Part shown: piece after piece, positions 7,909 through 16,427 of the stretch
How the letters are laid out: each line of letters opens with the position of its first letter
How positions within the stretch are numbered: position 1 is the first letter of the stretch
From: a virus
Lineage: Duplodnaviria > Caudoviricetes
Virus record (IMG/VR): IMGVR_UViG_3300043414_000666
Span: 1 to 39,689 of that record
DNA length: 39,689 bases
Reading direction: 5' to 3' (one strand)
Translations under genes and position numbers: made by a program
The notes under the pieces: generated by a model
What the model was told of the DNA's origin: nothing
Database searches by the model: none
Seen by the model: the letters and a program-made list of their open reading frames with translations, nothing else

Positions 7909-8317
7909 TACTCCCGACAAGGGAGCGGGTTAGGGTTTCGGATGGGGTAAGGGGTTCGGTTTGGGAGATGTCAAAGACGCTTCCGGTAAAGAAGAACGAG
8001 GGGGAGTCGGTGGTTTCGCCTTCTTCGGTCTTACGAGAGGCGGGGCAGAATATCGCGAGTGCCTTCTCTCCCTTCCTTACAATGCGTCCGGCCTTCTTCC
8101 ATTGTTGGAATCCTCCCACGATTGATACTCCCTTTTTCTGGAAGTAAAGGAGGGCGGAGTTCTTAAAGGAGAGGGGTCGGCCTTCGATGGTGCGGAGGCT
8201 TCCGAGTTGGTTGGATAGTTCCACTCTCTCGGCTTCCGTCATCTTGGCGAATTGTTCCGCTAGTTGTTTCATCTTGGCTTTTTTGGCTTCGATTGCTTCT
8301 GTTTTTGTGTTGTTCAT
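7904..8317 (-). CDS. ArdC-like N-terminal ssDNA-binding domain protein
   Basis: SFKNSALLYFQ...VGGFQQWKKAGRIVRKGEKALAIFCP...VFDISQT matches the ArdC N-domain (DUF1738) pattern; no zincin C-domain. Confidence 0.85.
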   Translation of the reverse strand: MNNTKTEAIEAKKAKMKQLAEQFAKMTEAERVELSNQLGSLRTIEGRPLSFKNSALLYFQKKGVSIVGGFQQWKKAGRIVRKGEKALAIFCPASRKTEEGETTDSPSFFFTGSVFDISQTEPLTPSETLTRSLVGSM

Positions 8318-8323
8318 ATTTAT

Positions 8324-8333
8324 GCTTGTTACA
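8324..8333 (-). promoter_or_regulatory. TGTAACAAGC box 3
   Basis: Exact 10-mer 6 nt upstream of ATG 8317. Confidence 0.7.
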
Positions 8334-8354
8334 CTTCGCAACCGCTTCCGTCAA
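8326..8354 (-). promoter_or_regulatory. Putative sigma70-type promoter for the leftward array
   Basis: Minus strand TTGACG-N17-TAACAA just upstream of ATG 8317; the -10 is imperfect and lies inside a GCTTGTTACA box. Confidence 0.5.
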
Positions 8355-8991
8355 TACTCTCGAATCGTTAATTAGTTAGGCTTATGCTATGCGTAAGCAA
8401 TCGCGGGAGGCCTCATAGGGGAAAAGGGCTTTTAGGATTAGTTCAGATTATGGTGGAGAGGGGATTTATTTTCGTAGGTTATAAATAAAAAAGAATAAAC
8501 GGAGGCTTGTTACACAATATAAAAAAGAAAAAATAAAAAAAAAGAAAGCGGAAGCAATCGCGGGAAGGGCTTACGCTTACCCGATCAGCGAGCAACGGAG
8601 GATAAGGGGAAGAGATGTCGAAGGGTAGGGCTCGAATGTAGCTACAATACGGAGGGGGTTGGGTTTGTTTTTAATATATGATAATAAAGGATAGGAAAGG
8701 ATGTGCGTGGGCATAGTTCGCCCATCCTCGAGGGACTGGGCGTTTTTCTCTAGGTGCGGTATCCATTAAAACCTGTGCCATTAAGGTAGGCGTGAGAATC
8801 GCTGGGATCGCTCCCAATTATTAAGCTAGCAGGGCGTGAGGCTAGCTCCGTTCTACCTACGCTCGCCCCTTTTCGGTCTTTCTTGCGAGGATCGGATACC
8901 ATTTCGGGCTTTGTGTTCTCCCTACTCTTTTTCTTGCCGTAACTCCGGAGCAGGGATTGACAAGTTTTTTTTTAGTATTACGGGCGGGGAA
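8355..8991. other. Large divergent non-coding region
   Basis: No credible ORF; A-tract 8519-8547; direct repeat AAGCAATCGCGGGA at 8395-8408 and 8552-8565. Confidence 0.7.
8505..8514 (-). promoter_or_regulatory. TGTAACAAGC box 4
   Basis: Exact 10-mer between two A-tracts in the large intergenic region. Confidence 0.7.
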
Positions 8992-9648
8992 GTGAATGTT
9001 GAGCCCCACAAGGTAAAGGGAAAGGGTGGGAGGCCTTCTCGGTGGTCGATTGCCAAGGCTAGGCAGATATGTAACCAGATTAAACGGGGGCTTCCGTTGC
9101 GTTATGCCTCACCCTTCTGCGGGATTCCTTATTCGACATCGAAGGAGTGGGTTGCGTTGCATCCGGAGTTCGCCCCAATGATGGAAGAGGCTCATTCTTT
9201 TTTTGTAAGGAGTCAAATTGATAACATAGAACGACACTCAAAGATTTCAGAAAAGCCTAGTCAATGGCTTCTCGAGAGAAGGGCAAAGGAGGAGTTTGCC
9301 CCTGCTTATGTCCCTAGTGGGGCTTCTTCGGGCGTTCAAGTCCTCGCCCTCGGGGATGACGCTATCGGGAAACTTATGGGGGCTTGGGGCTCTCTCTTGA
9401 GTGGGCAAGTAGCTCCCCAACATTTACCCGACACCACCACCCTCCCTACTCTGGTAGCAGATAATTATACTAAAGGAGAGGCTACACCACAAGGGGAGGA
9501 GGTTGCCGTTCCCGCCGTGGAAATTGAGGCTGAGACAATTAAGAGTGTTAAGTATCAACGACTTGGGAGGCCTAGGAAATATCCAAAGCCGACCCCGCCA
9601 GCCCCCGACACGCCCCCGCCCACCACCCCCCCTGCCCACCCACTATAA
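8992..9648 (+). CDS. Putative terminase small subunit
   Basis: GRPSRW followed by an HTH-like segment, WVALHPEF and QWLLERR motifs; directly upstream of TerL; GTG 8992 preferred over 8836. Confidence 0.75.
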   Translation: MNVEPHKVKGKGGRPSRWSIAKARQICNQIKRGLPLRYASPFCGIPYSTSKEWVALHPEFAPMMEEAHSFFVRSQIDNIERHSKISEKPSQWLLERRAKEEFAPAYVPSGASSGVQVLALGDDAIGKLMGAWGSLLSGQVAPQHLPDTTTLPTLVADNYTKGEATPQGEEVAVPAVEIEAETIKSVKYQRLGRPRKYPKPTPPAPDTPPPTTPPAHPL

Positions 9649-9696
9649 TTATATCCACCTTCCAAAAAAAATTCTAAAAACTCGACCCCCCTCTAA

Positions 9697-11097
9697 ATGC
9701 CCATAACCGATCCTTCTCAACTTCCTGCCAATCTCACGCAGGAGCAACTTTTAGCAACCCCCCTAGGCTTTTCCAAACTACTCGACATCGACCTCCACCC
9801 TTGGCAATCGAAAGTCTTTCTCGATGTTGGCCTAGGCAATCGGGTGGCTTTGAAGGCGGCCAACGGCTCCGGCAAGACCTCTTGTTTGGCGGCTCCGTTA
9901 GTTCTTTGGTGGTGTACGGTCTATCCAAAGTCGCAGGTCGTAACAACAGCAGGAGTCTATCGGCAGGTAAAGGAACAGCTTTGGCAAAGGCTCGCCGGAT
10001 GGCGGGATAAGCTCAAAGGCTGGACCCTCAACGCTACTGACCTAACTGCCCCTAACGGATCTAAGGCTATTGGGTTCTCTACTGACGAGCCTAACCGATT
10101 TGAGGGGTGGCATAATGACAAACTCCTCATGATCTTTGACGAGGCTAAAAGCATCCCTACCGACATTTGGAGGGCGGCTGAGAGGTGTCAGCCTACTGCT
10201 TGGTTGGCTATGAGCAGTACCGGAGGGATGGACGGGGAGTTTGCTCAATGCTTCCTAGGGAAGCGCAAGTATTGGAAGAACTACTCTGTATCGGCCTATG
10301 ACTGTCCCCATATCAAGAAAGAGTGGATTGATATGCAGATTGAGCAACACGGACGGGACAACCCCTTTATTAGAAGCATGATCTTCTCAGAGTTCATGGG
10401 GGAGGATGACGGGATCAGCCCTTTCACTTTTTCTAAGATTCATAACTGCCGGACCAACCCTCCCAAGAAACAGGAGGGGCCTCCGGTGGCTTTTATTGAT
10501 TGGGCGGGGGGTGGGGACGAAACGGTGATCGCTATAAGGCGAGGAAACGTGATTGAGCCCCTAATAGGGTGGAAGGACTCGGATACGATGCGAAGCGTAG
10601 GCAAGGCTATTATTGAGCTAAAGAAGGCCAATCTAAAGCCTACTGACGTTTGGGCTGACGATGGGGGCCTAGGGAAGCCTATGAATGACCGGATGAGAGA
10701 ACAGGGGTGGGCTATTAAGAGGGTGAACTTTGGGGCTAGGGCCTACTCGGACAACTACGTCAATAGAAGCTCAGAGATATGGTGGGAGACGGCTAGGCAG
10801 ATCGAAAAGGCTGAATTGATCCTTCCTACTGATGAGCTACTGGATGCCCAATTATGCTCCCGTAAGGCTAAAATAGCCTCCTCAGGCAAACTTGGCCTAG
10901 AGTCCAAAGACGAGATGCGGAGGCGTGGGATATGCTCGCCGGATCGTGGGGATGCGGTTTGCGGGGTTTGTTGCGTTAGGGCTGAAAATAATCTTGCGGC
11001 TTTTGATTCCGGCAATACGGGATCAGATCAATGGAGCGAGTTGCAGGAATACTCAGAAGGGGAACCTGCGTGTGCTGGCTTCGATATTGGAGGATGA
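9697..11097 (+). CDS. terL: Terminase large subunit
   Basis: Walker A AANGSGKT, Walker B LMIFDEAK, RNase H-like FIDWAGGGDET and SPDRGDA. Confidence 0.95.
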   Translation: MPITDPSQLPANLTQEQLLATPLGFSKLLDIDLHPWQSKVFLDVGLGNRVALKAANGSGKTSCLAAPLVLWWCTVYPKSQVVTTAGVYRQVKEQLWQRLAGWRDKLKGWTLNATDLTAPNGSKAIGFSTDEPNRFEGWHNDKLLMIFDEAKSIPTDIWRAAERCQPTAWLAMSSTGGMDGEFAQCFLGKRKYWKNYSVSAYDCPHIKKEWIDMQIEQHGRDNPFIRSMIFSEFMGEDDGISPFTFSKIHNCRTNPPKKQEGPPVAFIDWAGGGDETVIAIRRGNVIEPLIGWKDSDTMRSVGKAIIELKKANLKPTDVWADDGGLGKPMNDRMREQGWAIKRVNFGARAYSDNYVNRSSEIWWETARQIEKAELILPTDELLDAQLCSRKAKIASSGKLGLESKDEMRRRGICSPDRGDAVCGVCCVRAENNLAAFDSGNTGSDQWSELQEYSEGEPACAGFDIGG

Positions 11098-11102
11098 AAT
11101 AA

Positions 11103-11273
11103 ATGCAAGCATGGACTTGGATCACGGAAAACTGGACTCAGATTGTGGCGGCAGTGGGCGGGATCGTCCTTGCGGCTCGAATCATCGTGAAGCTCACGCC
11201 AACTCCTGCGGACGATTCATTCCTCGAAAAAATTATCAATTTCCTAAAAGGGCTGGGGCTAAAGATCGACTAA
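11103..11273 (+). CDS. Putative holin, 56 aa (MQAWTWITENWTQIVAAVGGIVLAARIIVKLTPTPADDSFLEKIINFLKGLGLKID)
   Basis: Not in the ORF track; GGAGG upstream; one TM segment plus LTPTPADD motif; next to spanin-like genes. Confidence 0.65.
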   Translation: MQAWTWITENWTQIVAAVGGIVLAARIIVKLTPTPADDSFLEKIINFLKGLGLKID

Positions 11274-11456
11274 GTGGGAATCCTAGCCGCCATCTTGCAG
11301 ATTATCTCGAAGATCCTTGGTTTGTTCCCCAATCGAAGTGAGATTGAAGAATCTGCCAATCGCAGTCAGTGGAAACGCAATAACGATGCCATTGACGCTG
11401 ATCTCTCTGGTAATGCTTGGTGGGTGCGTAACAACTCAGCCAATCGCAAGAACTAA
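11274..11456 (+). CDS. Putative inner-membrane spanin (Rz-like)
   Basis: Hydrophobic N-terminus; overlapped out of frame by a lipoprotein gene. Confidence 0.5.
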   Translation: MGILAAILQIISKILGLFPNRSEIEESANRSQWKRNNDAIDADLSGNAWWVRNNSANRKN

Positions 11457-11589
11457 CGGGAACGTCGAAAGACTTATGAAGATGCCGGAATATAAAGAAG
11501 TCAGGGAGTCCTCTCCGCAAATTAAGCGGTGGGCTTCCGAGGCTTTGCATTCGGTGAATGATTTGGAATACGAGGCGAGAAGCAAATGA
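11386..11589 (+). CDS. Putative lipoprotein / outer-membrane spanin (Rz1-like)
   Basis: MPLTLISLVMLGG-C lipobox; start uncertain; overlaps the portal start (ATGA). Confidence 0.55.
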   Translation: MPLTLISLVMLGGCVTTQPIARTNGNVERLMKMPEYKEVRESSPQIKRWASEALHSVNDLEYEARSK

Positions 11590-13436
11590 TGGAACGTAAC
11601 GATCTTTACAAAGCCCTCCTCGATGACTTGAAGGCCCGTACTGGTTGGGAAGAACGGCAGAGGATTTGGTATGAGATGCGCCATTCTGGACTCCGCCGGA
11701 AAAAGAAATTGCCTTGGCAAGCCGATCTTCATTATCCCTTGGCGGATTCGATCATCAACAAGCTCAAGCCTTTTTACTATCAGCAGGTTTTCTCGAATGA
11801 AGTGATTGCTTCTTTTGTCCCCTCCACTCCTCAAACGGATGGAATTACGCAGGGGATCTCTCGGTGGTTTGATTATTGCATCAAACAGGAGAGCAACTTT
11901 GAAAGCGAGATCCTGACTGCCATTGACCACACTCTGATGAGTGGGTTGAACCTATTAAAGATTTCTTGGGACGAGGATACAAAGTCGGTCCGGTTTGATT
12001 CCGTTGACCCCGTGTTCGCCATCGTCCCGCATTATACTCGGGACATTAAGAACTGTGATCGCCTCTGCCATGTGATCCAGATGAGCCTGAATCAGTATAA
12101 GAGCAACAAGCTGTATAATCAGGACGAAGAACTGATCCGCAAAATTAAGGGCAGGACAGGAGAGGGTACGAGACTGTCCACGCTTGAGAACATCAAGTTC
12201 CGGCGGGAAGGAATCACGGTCGGGGCCGAAGAGGATCAAGTCATCGTTTGGGAAGTTTATGAACGGGATGAAGAGGGCAAGATCATTGTCCATACCTTCA
12301 GCCCACTAGCCCCCGAGGATGACATCCGGCCTTCGTTTGAGTTGCCCTATAAGCATGGTCAAATGCCTTTCGTTCCGTTTGTCATGGAGATTAAGGACAA
12401 GGGAGTTTATTCCAGTCGTGGTATCTGCGAGATCGTGGCTCCGTTTGAAAGCTATATGTGCAAGCTGATGAACGAGAAGGCTGATGCGATGACGCTTTAT
12501 AATCGCCCTCTCTTCCGTTGCGAGCAGGACATTCCCAATTCCAACAATTTGAAGTTTGGTCCTGCGACGATTCTCCCCGTGGGTGTAACTCCGGTGACGA
12601 TGCCGCAACCACCTATCAGCTTTGACCAAGAGATGATTAACCAACGTATGATTTCCGAATACCTGACTTCCATGCCGGACTTTGGTATGGGCCAACAGCA
12701 GGGAATGAAGAATGCCCGTACTGCGACTGAGGTTTCTCAGATTGGAGCCCTCATGGGTCAGTCAACGGACCTTCGGGCTAGGATCTTCCGGATCTCGCTC
12801 GGTTATGTTTATCGGCAGGCCTACTCCGTTCTCTGCCAGTTTGGGAAGAAATCCCTTTCTTATTACTTTAACCAAGCCTTCGGAACCATTCCTCCGGAAG
12901 CCTTGCAGGTTGAATATGCAATTCATCCATCGGGCTCGGCGGACGGAATCAATAAGGCAGTCCAATATCAGAAGGCCTTCAGCCGGATGCAACTGCTTTC
13001 GGGTAATCCTTTCGTGGATCAGCCTTCTCTTGTCCGCTCGGTTCTCGAGATCGACGATCCGGCCTTGGTGAACAAGCTACTCACCGATCCTAACCTCCGT
13101 GGGCAGGATGAGAAGGAGGAGCAGGCTAAAGAGAACCTTATCATGGAAAGTGGGTATCCGGTGGCAGTTAAGCCTCAGGATGACCATAAAGCACATATCG
13201 AAGTTCTCCTTGGCAGGATTCAGTTGCTCACTCAGCAGGGTGGGGGATCTCAGCAGTCTCAGCAGTTGTACGGTCAACACCTTGAGGGACACCTTCAGGG
13301 GCTTGGAAAGACTGACAAGAACGCTGAGAGGCAGATTCGGGCAATGCTCAGGAAGCAGGCTCAGAGTATGCAGGCTCAAGGCCAGCCTCAGCAGGGTATG
13401 ACATCAACTCAGACTATGCCTCAAGGCGGAGTGTAA
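11586..13436 (+). CDS. Portal protein (P22-like podoviral type)
   Basis: 616 aa after TerL; HGQMPFVPF, GVYSSRGICE, RTATEV and QDDHKAHIEV motifs; Q-rich tail. Confidence 0.9.
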   Translation: MMERNDLYKALLDDLKARTGWEERQRIWYEMRHSGLRRKKKLPWQADLHYPLADSIINKLKPFYYQQVFSNEVIASFVPSTPQTDGITQGISRWFDYCIKQESNFESEILTAIDHTLMSGLNLLKISWDEDTKSVRFDSVDPVFAIVPHYTRDIKNCDRLCHVIQMSLNQYKSNKLYNQDEELIRKIKGRTGEGTRLSTLENIKFRREGITVGAEEDQVIVWEVYERDEEGKIIVHTFSPLAPEDDIRPSFELPYKHGQMPFVPFVMEIKDKGVYSSRGICEIVAPFESYMCKLMNEKADAMTLYNRPLFRCEQDIPNSNNLKFGPATILPVGVTPVTMPQPPISFDQEMINQRMISEYLTSMPDFGMGQQQGMKNARTATEVSQIGALMGQSTDLRARIFRISLGYVYRQAYSVLCQFGKKSLSYYFNQAFGTIPPEALQVEYAIHPSGSADGINKAVQYQKAFSRMQLLSGNPFVDQPSLVRSVLEIDDPALVNKLLTDPNLRGQDEKEEQAKENLIMESGYPVAVKPQDDHKAHIEVLLGRIQLLTQQGGGSQQSQQLYGQHLEGHLQGLGKTDKNAERQIRAMLRKQAQSMQAQGQPQQGMTSTQTMPQGGV

Positions 13437-13452
13437 TAAGGCTTTATAATAT

Positions 13453-13782
13453 ATGTTGCATAAACTCAAGATTGTCTTACGCCTCTGGAAAGAACTTGGA
13501 GAGGTATCGGTTGACTGGAAACAGGAGGACACTACCGCAACCAAGTTGTTCTTTGAATCTGCCTCCGGCAAGCGGTTCATCACCTGTCTGCGAAATGCGG
13601 CAACTCGTAAGGATATTAGCGCAGTTTTCAAAGGCGGCGGATTGTTTGAATCCGGAAAAGCAGTGGGTTTCCGAGAAGCACTTGTCTTTATCGAATGGTT
13701 GGCTTCTTCGGAGATTGAAGATTTTAACGAGGACTCGGAGCCTGAGGCCGTTTCCGAACTCCTCGAAAAACTACGGCCTTAA
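13453..13782 (+). CDS. Hypothetical head-module protein
   Basis: Between portal and scaffold; FFESASGKRF motif typical at this position. Confidence 0.8.
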   Translation: MLHKLKIVLRLWKELGEVSVDWKQEDTTATKLFFESASGKRFITCLRNAATRKDISAVFKGGGLFESGKAVGFREALVFIEWLASSEIEDFNEDSEPEAVSELLEKLRP

Positions 13783-13810
13783 ACTTAACGGGAAGGACAC
13801 CTGACAAACC

Positions 13811-14821
13811 ATGATCGAGGAGAGCAACATCGGAGTCGAGCAGGTTGCGGAACCAGCAGACTCCTCCAAGGTAGAATCGGTAAGCGAGGAAATGATTCGT
13901 GAGCTTGCGGCGCAAGCTGACGGAGTTCCTTACAAGCCGAAAGCGGAATCACCTGCACTCGCAAAGCAGGACCAAGGGGCCTCAGAAAAACCACAAACAA
14001 ACGAGGAAGTTAAAGATTCGTTAGAATCGACTGACTCAAAAGAAACAAAAGAAGATTCAAAGGTTGTATCGGATGATGCAACCAAGTCTCTCAACGCCTC
14101 CGAACCCTCGAGCGACAAGCCTGAGGTTAAGGACGTTAAACGGGCTAAAGAAGAGGCTCGTTTGGCTGAAAGCTGGAAAAAGCTGGAAGCTGAAAAAGCC
14201 CAAGTTCGTGCAATCCAAGCAGAGTTCCAAAGAAAGATCGAAGAAGCTGAAAAGGCCTCCGATCCGACTAGTCCGGCCAAGCCGGAGGAACTTCGCAAGT
14301 TTGCCCGTGAATGGGAGGACGAGGGTAAGGACGATCTTGCGAAAGCGGCTCGCATTCAGGCTGAAAAGCTGGAACAGAAGATCCGCAGGGATGCGGAACG
14401 TGGTGAACGCAAGATCAAGGATTTTAACGAGACATGGACCACAAGTGTGAATCGCATGATCTCTGAGAATCCTGAACTCAAAGACGAGTCATCGGATCTT
14501 GGGAAGAGAGTCATCTCTCTGCTCAAGAGTGAAGATGCCGACTTGAGGAACCTTATCAATTCAACGCCAAACGGATTCGTCTATGCCACTCAGATTGCAA
14601 AGATGCAAAAAGCGGCGGAGGAGTCGGAAGCGTTGAGGACTGAAATTGAATCTTTAAGAAAAGAAAACGGGGACCTTCGGAAAAAGACCTCGCTATCTGC
14701 AAGCGGAAATCAAAAGCCTGCCAAACGGAAATCCTTCGATGAGATGGACTCCCGCCAACAGGAATCTTTCCTCCGCAGTATGGCAGTGGACTCTGATTCT
14801 GGTGTTCTCGTAGGAGATTAA
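13811..14821 (+). CDS. Putative capsid scaffolding protein
   Basis: Acidic disordered N-terminus and coiled coils; immediately upstream of the capsid gene. Confidence 0.8.
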   Translation: MIEESNIGVEQVAEPADSSKVESVSEEMIRELAAQADGVPYKPKAESPALAKQDQGASEKPQTNEEVKDSLESTDSKETKEDSKVVSDDATKSLNASEPSSDKPEVKDVKRAKEEARLAESWKKLEAEKAQVRAIQAEFQRKIEEAEKASDPTSPAKPEELRKFAREWEDEGKDDLAKAARIQAEKLEQKIRRDAERGERKIKDFNETWTTSVNRMISENPELKDESSDLGKRVISLLKSEDADLRNLINSTPNGFVYATQIAKMQKAAEESEALRTEIESLRKENGDLRKKTSLSASGNQKPAKRKSFDEMDSRQQESFLRSMAVDSDSGVLVGD

Positions 14822-14826
14822 AAATC

Positions 14827-15828
14827 ATGGCTACTATGACTCGCACCAGTGCGTCATCCAACCTCTCAAGCTATTTTCAGGCTTACCTGAGCAAGCAGTT
14901 GGTTGATCGTATTAAAGAAACACTCAAACTAAACGACTACGCCCAGCAGGTTGATCTGCCCAAGAACATCGGAAGTTCTTCCGTTAAGTTCTTCCAGTAT
15001 GATACCGCTCCGGCCTCGTCCAACGTCCAGACCCTCACCGAAGGTACGCCTATCAGCACCTTCCGTGAAGTTGGATTGAATAGCGTCTCTGTCTCGCTTA
15101 CCCAATACGGTGAAGCGGTTAAGATCAGTGACGTTCTTTCCATGACGAGCCTCTTTGACGTTCTCAAAGAAGCCGTTGGTGCAATGGGTGAAGAAGCGGC
15201 CCTCAAAGCTGACGATCTTTCCCGTGACCAGTTGGTTACTGGAACTGACGTTGGTGGAAACGGAACCACGAAACGCTACGGACAAGGGATTGCGGATTTC
15301 ACAACCCTCAACTCCACGGCGGCGGCTTCTGCGTTCTTGGACGCTGAGGACCTCATGGATGCGGTGACTGCGCTGAAAGCCAACAAAGCTAACCCTTTGA
15401 ATGGTCAATTCGTTGCGTTGGTTCCCCCTCAGATCAGTCGGGACTTGTTCCGTGATACGGACTTCCTGAACACGGTCTATCGCAATCCTGAAACCAAAGT
15501 CGGTTCGTTCCCTGCTGGAACCCTCGGTTCCTTCTACGGGGTGCGTATTGCCGAACATACCAACCCCTTCATCGAAGGCTCGACTGCCGGAACGTATAGT
15601 GCGTCTGGCTCAATCTACTCGACTGTGGTGTTGGGTGCGAATGCGTTTGGTGTTGTGAAGATCGCTGGGGATTCCCCCTTCAGCCCTCGCATCATCCTGA
15701 ACAATGCGGCTGACAAAGCTGACCCGCTCAATCAGACAACCGTGGCCGGATGGAAATCCTTCTTCGCCGCCAAGTTGCTGAATGCGAAACGTGCAGTGGT
15801 CATCAAGTCGAAGTCTCGCTTCGCCTAA
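14827..15828 (+). CDS. Major capsid protein, N4-gp56 family
   Basis: LPKNxG, LTEGTP, LTQYG, GSFYGVR and DPLNQxxxxGWK motifs; AGGAG RBS. Confidence 0.93.
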   Translation: MATMTRTSASSNLSSYFQAYLSKQLVDRIKETLKLNDYAQQVDLPKNIGSSSVKFFQYDTAPASSNVQTLTEGTPISTFREVGLNSVSVSLTQYGEAVKISDVLSMTSLFDVLKEAVGAMGEEAALKADDLSRDQLVTGTDVGGNGTTKRYGQGIADFTTLNSTAAASAFLDAEDLMDAVTALKANKANPLNGQFVALVPPQISRDLFRDTDFLNTVYRNPETKVGSFPAGTLGSFYGVRIAEHTNPFIEGSTAGTYSASGSIYSTVVLGANAFGVVKIAGDSPFSPRIILNNAADKADPLNQTTVAGWKSFFAAKLLNAKRAVVIKSKSRFA

Positions 15829-15833
15829 ATTAG

Positions 15834-16166
15834 ATGAACAAAGGACTGCTGATCCTAGCTAGTCCCGAGGCAAAGGGGGGCCGCTCAGTAATGGGCGGCT
15901 CCCCCAAGCCCGAATCTGAAGGCTCCGATTATTCTTCGGAGAAAGAGGGTTTGGGAATGTCCTTGGACGTACCTGCCGAAAAGCTCCCCGAGGGAACCCA
16001 AGAGGGTGATTATGTCGCACTCAAGGGCAAAGTCTCGAAGCTGGACGATAAGGGCGCAACCATTGAAATCTTTGAGGCCAACCTGACTCCTGATGAGGGA
16101 GAAGAGGAAAAGAGCGAGGAAGATATTCGCTCGATGGCTGAAGAAGCAGACGCAGGCAATTCCTGA
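15834..16166 (+). CDS. Acidic hypothetical protein
   Basis: Follows the capsid gene in the operon; EGDYVALKGKVSKL beta segment. Confidence 0.8.
   Translation: MNKGLLILASPEAKGGRSVMGGSPKPESEGSDYSSEKEGLGMSLDVPAEKLPEGTQEGDYVALKGKVSKLDDKGATIEIFEANLTPDEGEEEKSEEDIRSMAEEADAGNS
15875..15904 (+). terminator. 13-bp GC-rich hairpin with GTAA loop after the capsid gene (attenuator or 3' stabiliser)
   Basis: GGGGGGCCGCTCA-GTAA-TGGGCGGCTCCCC with two G-U pairs; no U-tract. Confidence 0.5.
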
Positions 16167-16172
16167 TTCGAT

Positions 16173-16421
16173 ATGCCCATCTATCTCTATGAGAACAAAG
16201 ATGGGGAAATCGTGCAGGAGATCGTCTCCGTCGAGAATAGGGATAAACGGAAGGGACTCAGAAGGGTCCCTTCCGCCCCCTATATCCACCGTGGCGTTTC
16301 CGATCCTGATTCTTCATCGGAAGGCGCACGAAGGTTTTATCGAGAGTATGAAGAAAAGGGAAAACTCAAGAACCGGAAATATTCCAAAAGCCGGATTAAA
16401 AAGATTTGGGATTGGAGTTAA
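16173..16421 (+). CDS. FmdB-type zinc-ribbon-like protein lacking cysteines
   Basis: MPIYLYE N-terminus and LRRVPSAP match the family pattern; no CxxC. Confidence 0.65.
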   Translation: MPIYLYENKDGEIVQEIVSVENRDKRKGLRRVPSAPYIHRGVSDPDSSSEGARRFYREYEEKGKLKNRKYSKSRIKKIWDWS

Positions 16422-16427
16422 ACAAAT

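Noticed and set aside
2107-8317. CRISPR-like or attC-type array suggested by repeated linkers
   Set aside because: Linkers are degenerate, non-palindromic and separated by whole genes of variable length; no cas genes or attC-like inverted structure seen.
8836-8991. 52-codon N-terminal extension of TerS and TTGACA promoter at 8957
   Set aside because: The extension looks non-coding (T-runs, no RBS); TTGACA has no acceptable -10 at 16-18 bp spacing.
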